Source: Chrysomallon squamiferum (lineage: Eukaryota; Animalia; Mollusca). Taken from it: DNA of 64,000 bases. Of the stretch, positions 29,129 through 45,783 are shown piece by piece. The position numbers and the translations under genes are program-made. The notes under the pieces are model-generated. The model had not been told where the DNA came from, searched no databases, and worked only from the letters and a program-made list of their open reading frames with translations. The number at the start of each line of letters is the position of its first letter. Within the stretch, counting starts at the first letter, position 1. The stretch lies in contig CM022667.1 in assembly GCA_012295275.1 (NCBI GenBank), positions 11,408,001-11,472,000 on the forward strand. The letters run 5' to 3'.

Positions 29129-30340
29129 AGAACGTAGATTAAATAGTTTCTGGAAAAGACTGCCCGTCACAGTGTTGACCCCACGACAATGAATTTAATA
29201 CGAAAAGTTCAAAATATTCGCAAAAATAAAATGATAATTTACGTGGGAATTGATATCTGTGATGTTCCCAGCTGTCTGAAATATAACTCTCTATGAAATA
29301 ATCTTTCTTTTTTCTTTCTTTCTTCTTTTTTTAAATTTATTTTTTATTTTTATTATTTTATATATATATTTTTTTGCCTTGTATCACCATTGTATTTATT
29401 TATTTATTTATTTAAAATTGAATACTATATATGTTATAATTTACAGTCGGACCATCTTAGATACATACATACATACATACACACATACATACATACATAA
29501 TGTGTGTGTTTGTACACATTTATATAAAACTATAAAACGGGAAAATCGTTTTAGATGATTCAGCATACTTTGAAACAACATTGATACAAATTAAATAACT
29601 ACTGAAAAAAACTAATGAAATACTTTATGATTTTGTACAAGAAAAAACGTGAGACCAATAATTTATTCGAGAAACAAAATAATAATAATAATAATAATAG
29701 TAATAATAATAATAATAATAACAACAAATGATAAAAGTTCATCCTACATCACAATATCGTTCAGTCTGAAATGGCTTGTTTGAGCGCATACTTTTTTTCT
29801 AGACGCATCCGTTTTCTAGACACATCCATTCACATGTGAAGGAACAGCACTGTCTTGTCCGTGCTTTGGGCCCATCCATCACCAACTGGGTCACTGACAC
29901 CCACGATTGGACCGGAAAGAGAAGGATCGTCTGGCAGTAAGTATTTCCATGGAAACCCAATATATATACACAGGTTCAGCGAGAATAATGGATAACCATA
30001 AGTACCTCGCAACAACGAAAGATATGTACAAACCTGTCGTTGCCTGGTTTCCTTTGATTTATTATCTTAGGCAGGACAATGGAAAGTGCGATCTATATTC
30101 TCTGGCGTTTATGAGCAGGAGATATAACTTGCATAGCTTCCGCGACAGAAATAAAAGTTTGCCGTGTTTTATGGACAGCGGATATGAAAGAACAAAGACT
30201 CGTGCCAGAAGATACAATAACAGCAATTCCCGGAAGAAGACAATGCTTTGACGTCACTGAAGGAATTTGCGTTCGTGACGCCCGACGTATAAATAATAAA
30301 AATGAGAATGTGTAAGTGGTACATTTGTTTAAAGTGCATG

Positions 30341-30464
<124 letters not shown>

Positions 30465-31120
30465 CTATGTGGTCATTAAACGTACATGCCTCCGTAGTTA
30501 CAAAACTACTATTATAATGTGTAGCTATGTATCTGTCTATCTGTCTATCTATCTATCCGTCTGTCTACCTATATGTGTGCCTGTCTGTCTATTTAGCTAT
30601 GTATAGCAAATATTTTAATAACAAAAAAGAAGAAGAAAAATGAAGATGCATAAAGAAAAAAAAAGAAAAAAGAACCCTTTTTACAAATAGATAAACAAAT
30701 AAACTTGCCGTCATTATGACATCAAGTAACTAACTATACGTCATAATTGATCATCTTGACGTCATAAAACTCTCTGCTCAGTAAATCTTAATAAAAATTT
30801 CTTTAGTTTTTGGTTTTGATTCAACATCGTTTCCAGATTCAGTGTAGCGTATGCCTCTACGGATGTTTATTACTGGGTATGGAAACGGTCGGTAAAATAT
30901 TTATTTATTTATCTGCATGTTTATTTATAATTATGTACTTTTGTGTTATTTCTATTTAATCCCTGTTCTGTTTATTATTTTTATCATCATCATCATCATC
31001 CTCATTATCATTATTTAACGGATAGATAGATAGATAGATAGATGCACACAAAAATAAATGTATCTATGTAAGTCCGTGTCTGAATTTTTCATTAAGTTTT
31101 ACTCTGTGTGTGTGTGTGTG

Positions 31121-31197
<77 letters not shown>

Positions 31198-31779
31198 TAT
31201 CCTATTATGATATTAAAATTACAAGTGAAATAACCAAATAAAACAGGTGGTTTAACGTACTCCAGTGAAAGAAGAAAAAACAATCACATACAGAAAAAAA
31301 AAAAAAAAAAAAAACAGAAATAAAAAATAAACCCACTATTCTCGAAATAAATTGCCACATACTCACATTATATACCAAAACAACAACTCATGCTCTGAAG
31401 GCTAACGGTGGAAATTACCAAATGCCAACAACTCAGTCAGGTATACTGCAGTCTACGTGTTTTGCCGGGACCGAACGCGCGCCAGCGAATAAAAGAACGA
31501 ACAGCAAATAATTATACATGACGTTTTGTCGAAACCGATTCGTTTCTACTGCATTTCCCGCACAAAAGTCGTACTTATCTTTCTCAAGTTAGTAAGCTAA
31601 TCAAAATTACGACTCTCCAGTTGTACTAGCTTTCGCAGACGATACCTTTTTCACCTCATCAGGTTAGAGAGCGGGAACGAAACAAGAGCCGCGTGGGGCT
31701 GTAGGAAATGCGAGTGTTGGTCTCTTGCTAGTATTACTGGCAAAAATTAAACGGGTGTTGGATGGAATATGGGATACGT

Positions 31780-31814
<35 letters not shown>

Positions 31815-32585
31815 TTCATTATTTGTTTGTTTGGTTGTTTTTTTCTTTTTTGTTATTTCCGAACCGAGGCTAATTTTTTTTATTTTTTTTTTATTTTTTT
31901 TTTTTATACCTATATATATTATATTATTTGATGAATGTTATATTACTTTTATATATTTTATACTTGTTTTTATAAATTAGTAGAATTAGTACTGGTAGTA
32001 TAGTAACAATACAATGAATACTAGCAGTATAAGTATTAATAGTAGAATTAGTACTAGCAGAATAAGTAGTAATCTTATATTATATATTTTATCTGTAGCC
32101 CGTGTATATTTGCTTTTGTTTCATATGTAGATGTACGCACGTAAAGGTACACACATATACTTACATACACAACCACACACATATACACATGCATACACAC
32201 ATATCAATAGGTCAACATGATTTTCTAGCGAAGAAACAAATCATCAACGTCATCAAGATTTTCTGCAACCTTTTGTCAAAAACTGTTCTCATAATTTATA
32301 AAACCTGTTATTTTCGTTCATCCTGAACTGAAACTATATTAATTGATTGTTAGAGCATTGAAGGCAAGATGCAGGTGAGAAAGGTAAAAAAAGAATAATA
32401 CTTCTGGCAGGTAAGATGTGTATATAACTTCTTGACATTTGAAACAGAAGCAAACGTAAGAGAGGCAGGAAATATTAATATGAAATATAAAGTCAAATAC
32501 AGGAGACGTATCTCTGAATGGGGAACCCGTGTCACGATGAGTGTTTTTAATCAAAATAGTAGCAGCAGCAGTAGCAGTAGTTGTG

Positions 32586-32633
<48 letters not shown>

Positions 32634-32726
32634 ATTATTAAAATACATTGACAGTAATACTAATAATAATAACAACAACATTGATGATGATGCTATTAGT
32701 AGTAGTAGTAGTAGTAGTAGTAGTAA

Positions 32727-32761
<35 letters not shown>

Positions 32762-33692
32762 TAGAAGAAGAAGAAGTAGAGACAGTAGCAGTAGTAATAG
32801 TAATACTAATTATGACAATTGAAATAATAATAATATTATTAATAACTGATGATGATATTAATATAATAATAATAATAACTGCAATAATAACAACAGCAAG
32901 AATAACAGTAATAATAATGTTCAGAATAATAATAATATTAATAAATACTGCTAATACCACTACTAACACTACTACTACTAATAATACAACAACAGCAACA
33001 ACAAAAGCACAGTCGATCGCCTTCTTTTCACATAAAGATAATGAGACACAGTAAAACGAGCTTCGACTGATGTAATTACAGAATGAATGTAAAACCATAA
33101 TTTCCGCGTCTGCTATTAAGACGTAGTCCTGTTACGAACTAGTCCTGTTTTCCAGAGAATTTACGGTAAATTCACTTATCACTGAAAGTTATCCAGGCGT
33201 TTTCAAATATGTGCGCCAGTAATGAATTTTCTTCAAACGCTGATGTAATAGCAATTAAACACGTGTTAACTCGGTGAACGTAATCTTAATACTGCGTGAC
33301 CTCTGACCCCGATTTCTCGCATAAGTTACTGCCACGCAGCAAAAGGTATGTTCCGGTAGTCTCGCAGATAATTATTTTTGTAATCATCGTTAAAAATGAA
33401 TTAACAGGATTTTATCAGCGAATTTTCTTTACGATACGATGTATATTTTGTTCTTTATCTAAAATGAATGCATCCGAAGATAGGAAATTTGCTCCAATTA
33501 ATAATTTCTGCAGAGATTAAATAAATTTATGAAAAAAAAAAAAAAAAAGTTTCATATGGACAGTATAAATTTGTAATATTTTTGAACTAAATACGAATTT
33601 GAAGGGGTCAGGAGAATGAGAATTTATGAAAAAGGAGCGGCATAATGGAAATTTAAAATCAAGTGATAAATGTTTATAATTAGAACTGTTCA

Positions 33693-33767
<75 letters not shown>

Positions 33768-34363
33768 GATTAAATCGTCCATTATTAATCTTGAGCGATA
33801 ACACTAAAGACCTTTGCTGTCATTTTTTTTTTCAACTACACAATCTCGGAGCAATAAACACTGCATGGAAATATAAACGCTACTGTTTCACTACTAGAAT
33901 AAATTATGATAAAATAAACTTAATGTGTACACAATCTACAAACCAGTCTGTTTTTCCCTGGCACTTCAAAACGCAGCACACGTCGAGTGATGGATAAACA
34001 AATATACGTGTGGCTGACATTTCCCTCTTATTAATGTATATATGGAAGTCTGTTTAATGAACACAGATTGGGTTATGTAAAGTCTATTTCTGAGCCCGTT
34101 ATAACCTGCTGACACTTCATTCATAGGCTGTCTGATAATTTTCATGCAAGTTATACAAACAGTTCTAAATTTATAACTTAATTCGAGCTTACAGTAAACT
34201 GAAATGATGAGCGAAGGTGTTTAAGTCAAATTGTGTTTACGTTCGATGTTTTCCTGATGTTTGCTGTTACTGTGAAATAATTTTGCTGACTCTCTCTCTC
34301 TTCTCTCTCTCTCTCTCTCTCTCTCTTTATTAATTAATTATTATTATTATTGCTGTTGTTGTT

Positions 34364-34446
<83 letters not shown>

Positions 34447-35174
34447 TCATTAAATAATCTTAAATAAATTATTTCCGCTTCCAGTTCTGGTCTATATTTC
34501 TTCTTCTTCTTCTTCTTTTTTATGTTTAAAATCCTGAACATCCAAACCTCACTCTACCTGGCTTATCTGCCGACATAACTCAACATACCATCTCTGCTAC
34601 CGAACAGCAACATGAACGAACACGAGAGAGACATACACAACTAGGCATAATGGCGGACAACAACTACGACGTGTGAGACGTCATTTATGAGCAACAGTTG
34701 TGATGATTTGTCAGACGTCTTTTTTCTTAAAGGCGTATGTACATCATTATTTGTTGTTTTTTCACAGATTGCTTTTATAATGTTCAGAATACGAAGACTT
34801 AAAACAGCTGACGAGAATAAAACTGTGGTTTTACTTGGCACATGTCGTAATGTTTATGGTTAAATGTAATTGTAGTAATAGTGATTCAAAATGGGTGGGG
34901 TTGCTCAGAAAAAAAAAATATATATATATATATATTTAAAACTTGATGGAGGTTTAATTTAGAATGTGTTGAATTAGGAAAATTTAAAATTAAATAGGGA
35001 TTGCTGGTCAGTTCTCATAACATATTTTATATTTATATATATTATATTCCTAACTTTATAAATGAATGCTTCGGTACTTTAGTGCGTTTGAAAATGAATT
35101 TTCTTTAGTTTTTAATACATTTCATCATCATCATCATCGTCATAAACATTGTTATTTTTATTATTATTGTTATT

Positions 35175-35359
<185 letters not shown>

Positions 35360-35400
35360 TGTGTGTGACACAGAAGGTAACATGTTTCAAAATGTCGAAA

Positions 35401-35760
35401 AGCATATAATTAAACAGAAAAATATCTTTATTAACAGTTCTTCTGTTTCCAAACTGAAATAAAAAAATCCACGCTTTATTTACAAAACGTAGATTTAACT
35501 TTACCAGACTGTCTTACAAAGAGAAAGGAACAGATGTGCCAACATTTTTCTGTTTCTTTATGTCCTGATAGAAAATCATTGCTTGATGAAAAAGCAGATA
35601 ACTTTGTCATAAAAACATGTACAACGTATTTCACAGATTATTAGGAAATGAACAATTATGGCAACACATTAACTAAAGACTTTTCTCTTTTTTCAGAAGG
35701 TTTATATGCAAAATCCTTTCTAAAAATATAAACTTTAAATAAATTTTGCTTCAGAGAAAA
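35401..35760 (-). repeat. Right arm of long-range inverted repeat
   Basis: aaaatccacgctttatttacaaaacgtagatttaactttaccagactgtcttacaaagagaaagg... is the exact reverse complement of the left-arm core. Confidence 0.95.
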
Positions 35761-35948
35761 AAAAAAAAAGCTAAAAATATCTTAATTTCTGTTTTTCTTC
35801 TGTTTTCTTTTCTTCTTTTTCTTTTTCTCTGTTTTTCTTTACTCCTTTTTTCTTATCCCCTATTTTTAAATTTTATTTGTTTAACTTATTTTCTTTGTAT
35901 CCTTCGTTAAGTTTTGGCTGACGAAACTTCAAAGTCAGTACTTCAATC

Positions 35949-35979
<31 letters not shown>

Positions 35980-37536
35980 GTTGCCGTAACAACATCAACA
36001 ACATCAACAACAAAACGCTAAACAATAAAACAAGGGCCAAGACCTATTGAAAAACCAAACCCTGCCAGAACAAAAAGCTTGAAAAATGGACGAGGAATTC
36101 GATACTCAATGACTAACAAAATCTGATTTAATTTGATCTGTTACGTTTACGGTGTAGCTTCCTTCTCCTGTTTACGTTTGCTATACACACGCACCAAACA
36201 CTGCACACATCTGTTCCCAAAGTTTATTATCTCAATCAGCGACCGCACGGACCACACCGGAAGCCGGCAGCAGAGCGCATGCGCGTTAATCGAATTGTTG
36301 AATGGCACATGGAACTAAAATAAGCAGAGGCTAACGTGCGACCTGTTAGGGAGGTCGTATTTATTTTTCCCCCTCTTCAGTTGATCGAAATCTTCTTGAG
36401 GTTCAGATACTCTGCCGATGGAATGTAAGTAAATGTACCTGTAGCATTCGGTACGACTGATGTAGTCGTTAATACAAACGTTTACAGAGAAAGGGTTAAC
36501 ACAAAACACGTTCAGCGGAAAGTGGGAAGTCACAGATGTGTATTTAGGTACTAATAAAATGAATATATACATGCATGTATACATACAATGTCTGTTTGTA
36601 TGCATGTTTGCATGTTTGTATTAAGTATGAATGTTTGCATGTAAGTGTGTAAGTGTTTGTTAGTATGTTTGTATGAAGTATGAATGTTTGCATGTAAGTG
36701 TGTAAGTGTTTGTATATATACATACAAATGCGTAAATATGTGTGTGAATTTTTTATAAATATACATACATGAATACATACATAATTACGTACATACATAC
36801 ATACATACATTCTTGCATACGTCCGTACGTACGTACATACATACACACACGCACCACATACATATATACTAGATATATGCATATGCAAAAAAACACACAC
36901 ACACACACATTTTTTTTTTGGTTACGAAAAAGTATCGTGTGGATTTTTTCGCTCGTATTTTTTGTTTACATACAACATAAACCCACAACTCTATTCCGCG
37001 TGAATTAAGACCGTCAAAGAAACCAATTTTATTGCTCATCGGCGCGAATACGTCGAAACGAAAAGGCAAACAAGAACCACGTGCAAACGTTCCGTAAGCG
37101 CCCGGCTACATCGAGGCAGGGGGTATTTTCAAAAGCATCCCATTATCGCATTGCTGTTAGAGGTGCAAGTGAAAAACACTTAATTTGTCGTAAGAGGTGA
37201 ACACGTATTTTAAATCCATCATATTTGTAGTGGCGTTTGGTGGTTGCGTAGGTTGATGTTGTAGTAGTAGATGTTGTAGAAGTAGCATCTGTAGTAGTTT
37301 TGGTAGTAGTAGCTGTAGTAGTTTTGGTAGTAGTAGCAGGAGGAGGAGTAATAATAGTGGTAACAGCAGTTGTGGTAGTAGTAGTTATTGTAGTAGTAAA
37401 AATACTAACAGTATAAGAAATAGTAACAGTAGTGGTAGTAGTAGTAGAATATAGTGGTTGTAAAGTGCAAGCGGAATATTCTGTAATAACAGTAGGCATT
37501 GTAATAACTGTATTTATAACATTAATAATAATAATA

Positions 37537-37589
<53 letters not shown>

Positions 37590-38377
37590 TGTAGTAGTAG
37601 CAATAGCATTTATTGTGTTATAGTTCGGTCAGTAGTTTATATCCCAAATGTTTGTAGTAGTAAATTTACTGGTATTAATAGTAGTAGTTGTTGTAGCAGT
37701 AATAGTAGTAGTAGTAGTAGTAGTAGTAATAGTAGTATTAGAGTAGTAGTAGTGTTAGTAGTAGTAGTAGCAGCAGCAGTAGTAGTAATACTGACTACTA
37801 AAAATACTACGCTTCTCTTTGAATTAGGTTTTTCTCAAAACAGAGCTGTTATTAAATAATAATAATAATAGTAATAGTAATAGTAATAAATAAATAAATA
37901 TAAATGAAAATGAACACTAATTAAGTTAAGTTATTAATCTGATATTTGAGACGCATTTGGCAAAAGTCTTAAGTCAGAATTTAAACACACCTGCATTACG
38001 ATGACCTTTAATAAACGGACGGTAGCTTCAGAGTATCGTTTGAAAGGAAAAGTTTGCATTTCTGACATTTTGCATAATTCTTCCAGACAAAAACGACTTT
38101 TCCAGCTGGTGGGCACGTGGCTCGCATATCTGCACGTGCTAGCGCGTGCGTTCGTCATTCCCACAAAGCACAGCGACTGCTCGACTCGACGTTGTTAAAT
38201 CTGGATGACGCGGTCGCACCTGGACACCAATGGCCACAAGTCCGTGTCGTAATCGTGCATTATGACGTAACATTTGACGTCATGATTTTGCGATTGTTTG
38301 TCTTGTGTAAGACCAGAGGAAACGTTCGAAATGAATAGTTTATGTCCTAAATGTTAAATAATAAAGGTATTTATTAG

Positions 38378-38464
<87 letters not shown>

Positions 38465-38748
38465 ATGATTATTATTATTATTTTTTTTTTTTTTTTTTAC
38501 GTCCTCAATTCCTTCAGTAGAGCTTGTACGTTGTGACAAATTTGTTTATAGTTTTTGTATAAGAATCATATCTGCGATACACATCCTGCGTCTGCAAATG
38601 TTCCTGATAACATATCTTTCACCTGCCAGTGTTTGACATACGTGTTGTGCAGTCACTGGATACAATAATGATAACCGTTGGGTTTTTTTATATTATATTT
38701 TTCATTTTATTTCATTTTTGACCTTTCGCATATACAGTTCCTCTCTCT

Positions 38749-38864
<116 letters not shown>

Positions 38865-39274
38865 TCTCTCTCTCTCTGCCTCTCTCTCTTTAACTCTCTC
38901 GTTTATCTATATAAATGTATATTTCTACCAACACCTCTTTATATACATAACACATTTAATATGCATTAGTATTTTTTTCCCGTACAACACATCAAGTGCA
39001 TACAAATATGTCAGCTGTACGCCCATTCCTACAACATGTTTTTTGTTGTTTTGTTTTTTTCAAGTCAGATCTAACAGCTTATTAACGTGGACGTGAACGA
39101 AGTGCTTGTTTTTCAATACTTCACTAACAATTCTAAATTTGTACTCTTCTTTATGAAAAACACGTGCAAGTGATACAACCCTCGTTTTGCATGTAACACT
39201 CCTATCTGCCAACAAAAAAAACTGAAAGTGCCACACACCATTTAACTTGCATTAATCGAAACTAGAAGATCAAA

Positions 39275-39288
39275 GCGCCCTCTGGTGA
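39275..39288 (-). promoter_or_regulatory. CTCF-like motif
   Basis: Minus strand TCACCAGAGGGCGC, near-consensus CTCF core. Confidence 0.55.
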
Positions 39289-39391
39289 TGAGAATGGGGT
39301 TTTTTTTACCTCGATTTTCCAGATAATCAGGAGAAGAAAGAGATTTGTAATGAAATTAAACGTTTTCGAGAAAGCGTATATTTTTTATTTT

Positions 39392-39504
<113 letters not shown>

Positions 39505-39543
39505 CTCTCTCTATCTATCTCTCTATCTATCTATCTATCTTTA

Positions 39544-39616
<73 letters not shown>

Positions 39617-40343
39617 GTATCTCTCTCTCTCGCTCTTTAATACCTCTGACCGCAGACGTCTATGTCTGATGAACCTTGGTTCTCTGAATCAATCCGTCAA
39701 GATGCGCCATTAGACCTATTTTCTGTATCACTCGGTTTCTTCATGACTCATTAAAGAAACGTCACGGCAATGTGTACTTTACGTTATGTGGAATCGCTGA
39801 TATATATATGTGTATATATAAAAATTCCTTACTGTTGATTCACAAACGAATTGTACAAAAAGAGAGTAGCGGTTTACTGATCTTCCATTATCACATTAAA
39901 GTCGCTTAATTAATACGAAATAAACCAATAATCCTCTGACACCGTTTTAAACCACAAAACACGTGTTTTTTTTCTTATCTTTTATTTTTTTTTTTTTTTT
40001 TTTTTTGTTTCACCTTGCATTTCGTAAAGAATGCCTGAAAAGAGACTTTCAAACAGAATTTACGCGTCTGAAAATTTCTCTGATGGTTTTGATAATGAAA
40101 ACGTTACAAAACACGCTGATGTATTCTTTGAAGAACCCCTGTAACTGTAGGTGAAAGAATGAGGTAAGGCGGTAACTGGATAGTTCTGAACGCCAGCACA
40201 CGTTAATATCAAGAGATGTTTGTTGTAGTTGCTATCCGCAGAAAGGTAACAATATTCTAGAGTCTTCGTGAATTATGAATTAGGAATTAGGTTAGAGAAA
40301 GAAAGAAAAAGAAAGGAAGGAAGAACCGTGGAAAGAAACAGAA

Positions 40344-40444
<101 letters not shown>

Positions 40445-41213
40445 AGATAACTGTCACATATCAGAAATGAATACAAAGACAAAATTGTAGATTAAATAAA
40501 ATTATTTTGAAAAAGAAAAGATTTACAAAAAAACAAAGAAAAAAAAAGAAGAAAAATAATTAAAACTGAAAAAAAAAGAACAGAAACCAAAGAAGAAAAA
40601 ATCCCCTCATACACATTAATTTAAGTTCCCATCATACTTTATCACATAAATATACATCATAATACTTACATATACATATATATATATATATAAACAAAAT
40701 GGCAGATTCGTATCGATGTATCTTTAAACTGTCAGCAATATAAAACTCTGTCATAATCGTGATAGAGAATATGAGAGAGACAGTTAACACGTTGTATCTC
40801 TAATTATAGTAACCATAAATTTACCTTCAAAGCTTTGCCTGATAAGCGGTCTTTAACTGATAAGAAAGATGGAAATATATTTTACGACTTCAGATTCGTA
40901 AATACTTCAAGTTAAGATCATAAGTCATTCTAGTATTTGACGAGATAGTCTAAATAAATATATTCACACATACAAACATTCACACACACACACACACAGG
41001 TATATGTAAGTATATATGTATGTATTTATGTATATATATGTATATGTGTGTATGTGTATATATATATATATTTGTATATATGTGTGTGTATTTATGTATA
41101 TATATAGATAGATATATGTATATATACATATATATTTATATATATGCACAGAGAGAGTGTGAGAGCATATATTATACATAATATATATAGATATATAATA
41201 GAGAGAGAGAGAC

Positions 41214-41266
<53 letters not shown>

Positions 41267-41414
41267 AGAGCAATATGGTCCAAAACACGTACAAAAGTCA
41301 CCCATTTAAAATTTACTGAATTGGCCAATGTTCAAATTTCAACGCACTTGAAATCATCTCGAGTCTTTGACAAACACGGGCACTTCAACCTCTTTCCACC
41401 ACAACGTCTCAATA

Positions 41415-41467
41415 CTGGGGGAAATAATTCTCTCCCTCTGGGGGAAATAATTCTCTCCCTCTGGGGG
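41415..41467. repeat. 23-bp tandem duplication ctgggggaaataattctctccct
   Basis: Two copies plus a partial third. Confidence 0.9.
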
Positions 41468-42218
41468 TCAAGACATCAAACAAACCGGACAATCACTGAC
41501 AGATGACCTGCACGTGCGGTACTGACCATGATGATGATGATGATGATTCACCGCGAGGGATCTAGTCCGGACACACACGTAGCAGTTGTTAAAGGTGACC
41601 ACAGATAAGACCAGAGTAGCCACTTGACCGATACCACCACCACCACCCACCCCCTACCCATCAAGAGTCCAGACTGTGATCACTTGGAGTAATTCACTCC
41701 ATCAAAAGCGTATTACGTGTATTATGGACGTGTTAATGGACGTTATGCTATATCTTAGTAGATAAAAAAAAGGAAAGAAAAGAAAGAGATTGTCTCTGTG
41801 TGCCTAATGAGCCTTATAAGGTTTGTAAGAGTAAGTACACATTAAATTAAAGTTGTTGTGTTACTGATAACGGTGCGCCTTGATCTACGAGAACGGCCGA
41901 AACGGTTACGAAACGACATCCCTCTAATCTGCCGGACGTTTAATACCGCTTTCCTTTATACTCGTCACAATCGTCGTTAATTCACGGGTTCAGATAAAAG
42001 CAGATAATCACCGGTTGCCATGCAGTGACGTTAAGTTTCGGGTTATTAGGTGCAGGATGAGTTTGTTGTCATCGAAACAGGACTGTTTAAATGTTTTAGA
42101 CGTTTGAAAGGTAATATGTGGTTTACTGATGATGTTGAACGATATTTGGATGGAACATTTGTAAATATGTTAGAATAAAATAAAATTCAAAAGAATTTTT
42201 TTAAAGTAAGTTCGGTTA

Positions 42219-42255
<37 letters not shown>

Positions 42256-43001
42256 TTGTTGTGTATGATTTCGCGTGTATGTGTATATGTTTGTGTGCGT
42301 GTGTGTGATTGTGTATGATTTCTAAACATAATAAAAGAAAATCAATAATATTTTTGGCGTTTTCTATTGTTATAGTTTGGATGTTTCATAGTTTTTAGTA
42401 TTCAAAATGAATTTACGTAAAATAACAACATAAACAATTAGAGGACAAGTCTCAGAGAGTCATGAGAAAAATACACAGTGCATATCTACATCAAAAGCTT
42501 TATGGGAAACAGGGAAAAGACGAAATTGGTAACCAAAACAAAAAAAGAAGAAGAAAAAAAAGCGAGTAGAGAAACAAGTGGAATCATCAAGTGTTTGACA
42601 AATTCCGCGACGATCATTTTGCACTAGCGTCAATTTTTCTTATCTTGCATTCCTCCCTGTTCATTAAACGCACCACTGCAGGCGTTGCCTTCGTGAGCCG
42701 ACAACTATGGAGGCTGCTGCGCGTTTGCCAGCCCTGTTAGACTAGATTGATGGCAAGAAGCCTTTTAAAGCACTAGAGACTGCGAACCCCTCTGACACCA
42801 CTCGAAATATTAACACCGCTCCCCAAACGAGGCTACTCGTACCCGATCTGCGGCCTCGGGCATGCGCGGTAAAGGTCAGAGCATCGTTGGTGATCTCCAG
42901 ACAACGCTTGTCGCCATCCGACGCCCGTACGTACGTACGTTTGTCTGTAAAAAAAAGTCTGTCTATGTGTACTTGTTTATGTAACTGTGTTTAATGAAGC
43001 A

Positions 43002-43038
<37 letters not shown>

Positions 43039-43784
43039 TATACTTGTTCTCCTCACATTTCTAAGGGCAAGTGCAATGTGTACTGATTTGGTCCTTGCCA
43101 ATCTGACAGTTCTGTTTAAATGTGGATCTCGTACTTGGTGCCTATGAAACCAGCTTAAATATACTTTTTCGTTGTGATGTTATGTAGATGATAATTATAA
43201 AGATCAAGTGCAGTCATTGTATCAGTGACAATGATGATAACAACAACAACAACAACAAAAACAATAAGAAGAAGAAGAAGACGAAAAGCAACAATAACAA
43301 CTAAATTACAACAACAATAACAACTACTACTACGACAATAATAATAACATACTAATAGTAATAACAAAAGAACAAGAACAATAACAACAGTAATAGTAAT
43401 GATGATGATGATGATGATGATAATGATAATCACAACAGCAATAACAAGAGATAAGTTATAACAAGAATAATAAGAAAAACAACTACAATAACAACTGAAT
43501 AACAACAACATAAAGTCACGTTTTATATGTTTTAAAATATCACTATCACTAATAGTCTACTTATTCATTTCAATGACATTAACATTAAACATATTTCAAT
43601 ATGAGTTATCTTAAATACAGACACTCGCTGTCTACAGAACTAATATACAAACTATAAACATAATCTAGAAGATAGCCACCATAACTGTACACAAGTAAAC
43701 ATGGTCATTTCTGTAGAAAATTGCCGCTTGTTTACCAAACTGTGATGAAAAAGAGAAAGAGTGGATGGATGGATGAATGAACGA

Positions 43785-44072
43785 AGGAAGGAAGGAAGGA
43801 AAAAAGAAAAGGATGAAATAAAATGAATGAATATTGTTTACTGATGCCTCGTCTCATTTTTGTATTAAGTGACAAGAAAATTTGCCTGGCACCTTTAGTC
43901 TTTCATTGTTTTTTCTTTCATTCATTTTATCATTTTTTTCTTTCATTTCTATTATGATAAGAGAAGAAACCCAATGTCGCGGCCAGTCCACGGGCTACTC
44001 TTAAATATGACTAGCAAATGATTTTTTTTTTAATCTACACCTTCCCATGCACAGTGTAAGCCATAGCCCAGT
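43785..44072 (-). mobile_element. Decayed SINE-like copy with (GGAA)n tail
   Basis: gagaagaaacccaatgtcgc...cacgggctactctt...tagcaaatgattttt...caccttcccatgcacag; similar to the 19.4 kb copy; preceded by ggaaggaagg tail. Confidence 0.55.
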
Positions 44073-45733
44073 TCATTCTCTCTACTCTCTTGAAAAATGT
44101 TTTATGCAAAATTGTTTGCTGCTAATAAATAATAATAGATTTTCTATGAAGATGTTTTGTTAAATGATTAAAGTGTAATTTCCAGTACCGATGATAGACT
44201 GTCAGTTAGTCTGTCGTACTTTTAACGTAAAGGAGAAGAAGAAGAAGAAGAAGAAGAAGCATAAACAGCAGTAAAATAACAAGAACAAAAGTAACAAAAG
44301 CATCAGCAGCAACGACAACAATAGCTAGAGAAGAAAGATTAAAAAATATACATTACAAAAGAAACAAAACAAGAAAAACGAGCAACAAACGGTGATGACA
44401 ATACAACAACAGCAATAAATAATTTAAAAAAAAAGAACAATAAGAAATACAACAACAGCAACAACAACATCAACACCACAACAACAAGAGGAAGATATAA
44501 AATTGCACATTACATATTAAGAGAAAGAAGTTGAAGGACAAACCGAAGGACAAGAAAGACAACAACAACAGCAAGATAATAAAGAAAGGGCGAAAAAAAA
44601 TTACTCATTTTAAATTAACTATAAAAAGTGGACCGGAGAGGTTTTGGCTTGCTTCTAATGAGGTACTTTTGTCTTGTGAACGTAATCCTGTACGCTGGGT
44701 TTTCTGCCAGCCTCAGGGTTTAGCTAGTGCAGGAAATAATCAGCGAAGAGTCAATCTTATTCCACACCACTTTTGATTAGCAAGAAGGATGTAAAACACG
44801 ATGGCGGACTGGTTAAGACAATTGATTGATGGTGGCAGTAAGGATTTAATTGTGTAATAAAATTCTTTATATTTTCCAGTTGTTATTTTATTGCACGTAA
44901 TAAAATTTGAAACTTAACGATTCCAGAAGTGTAAGAGTCGTAACTATCGCACGTTATATGCATGTGTGTGCATGTGTGTGTATGCATGTGTGTGCATGTG
45001 TGTGTGTGTGAATGCATGTGTGTTCATGTGTGTGTGTGTGTGCATGTGTGTGTGTGTGTATGTATATGTATATATCTATATGCATATATCTATAAGCATA
45101 TATATGTGTATGTACAATATGTATATATATAATGTATATATACATCTATATATATACACACACACATATATATGATTATATACATATATATGTATATATA
45201 TATATATACATATACACATACATATACGTACATACATATATACATATATATTATATATATTCACACACACAAACATATATATATATACACATATACATAT
45301 ATGTGTGTGTAAGAATGTATTTATGCATGTATGTATGTATGTATGTATATATGTATGTATGTATGTATGTACGTACGTACGTAAGTATGTATTCATTCTA
45401 AATATTCCCCCCTTGAATTAACAATACTACTAGTTCAGTCTGCTTACAATAAGTAAAACCTAGCTAATCCTAGAGTGGGATTCATCCGCTTGAACAAACG
45501 GTCAAACAACACAACCGCCATCTGCAACAGATACATTAGCTTTGGCGAAAGGGCGGCCATGCTGTAACTGTTAAAAGAAACGATATTTATTATTAAGTAA
45601 CCTCACAGCAAGAGATCGTATGAAAGAGCAGAGACAGTAACAAATGGAATAACGACCTGTTAGTATTTATTAGTATTCCGAGTATCATGTTTTACCTAGG
45701 ACATATGTAGATAATTCAAGCTATACGTTTCAC

Positions 45734-45783
<50 letters not shown>

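Noticed and set aside
29907-30251. 114-aa ORF inside the inverted-repeat loop as a transposase fragment
   Set aside because: Non-ATG start, no DDE/helicase/RT motifs recognisable.
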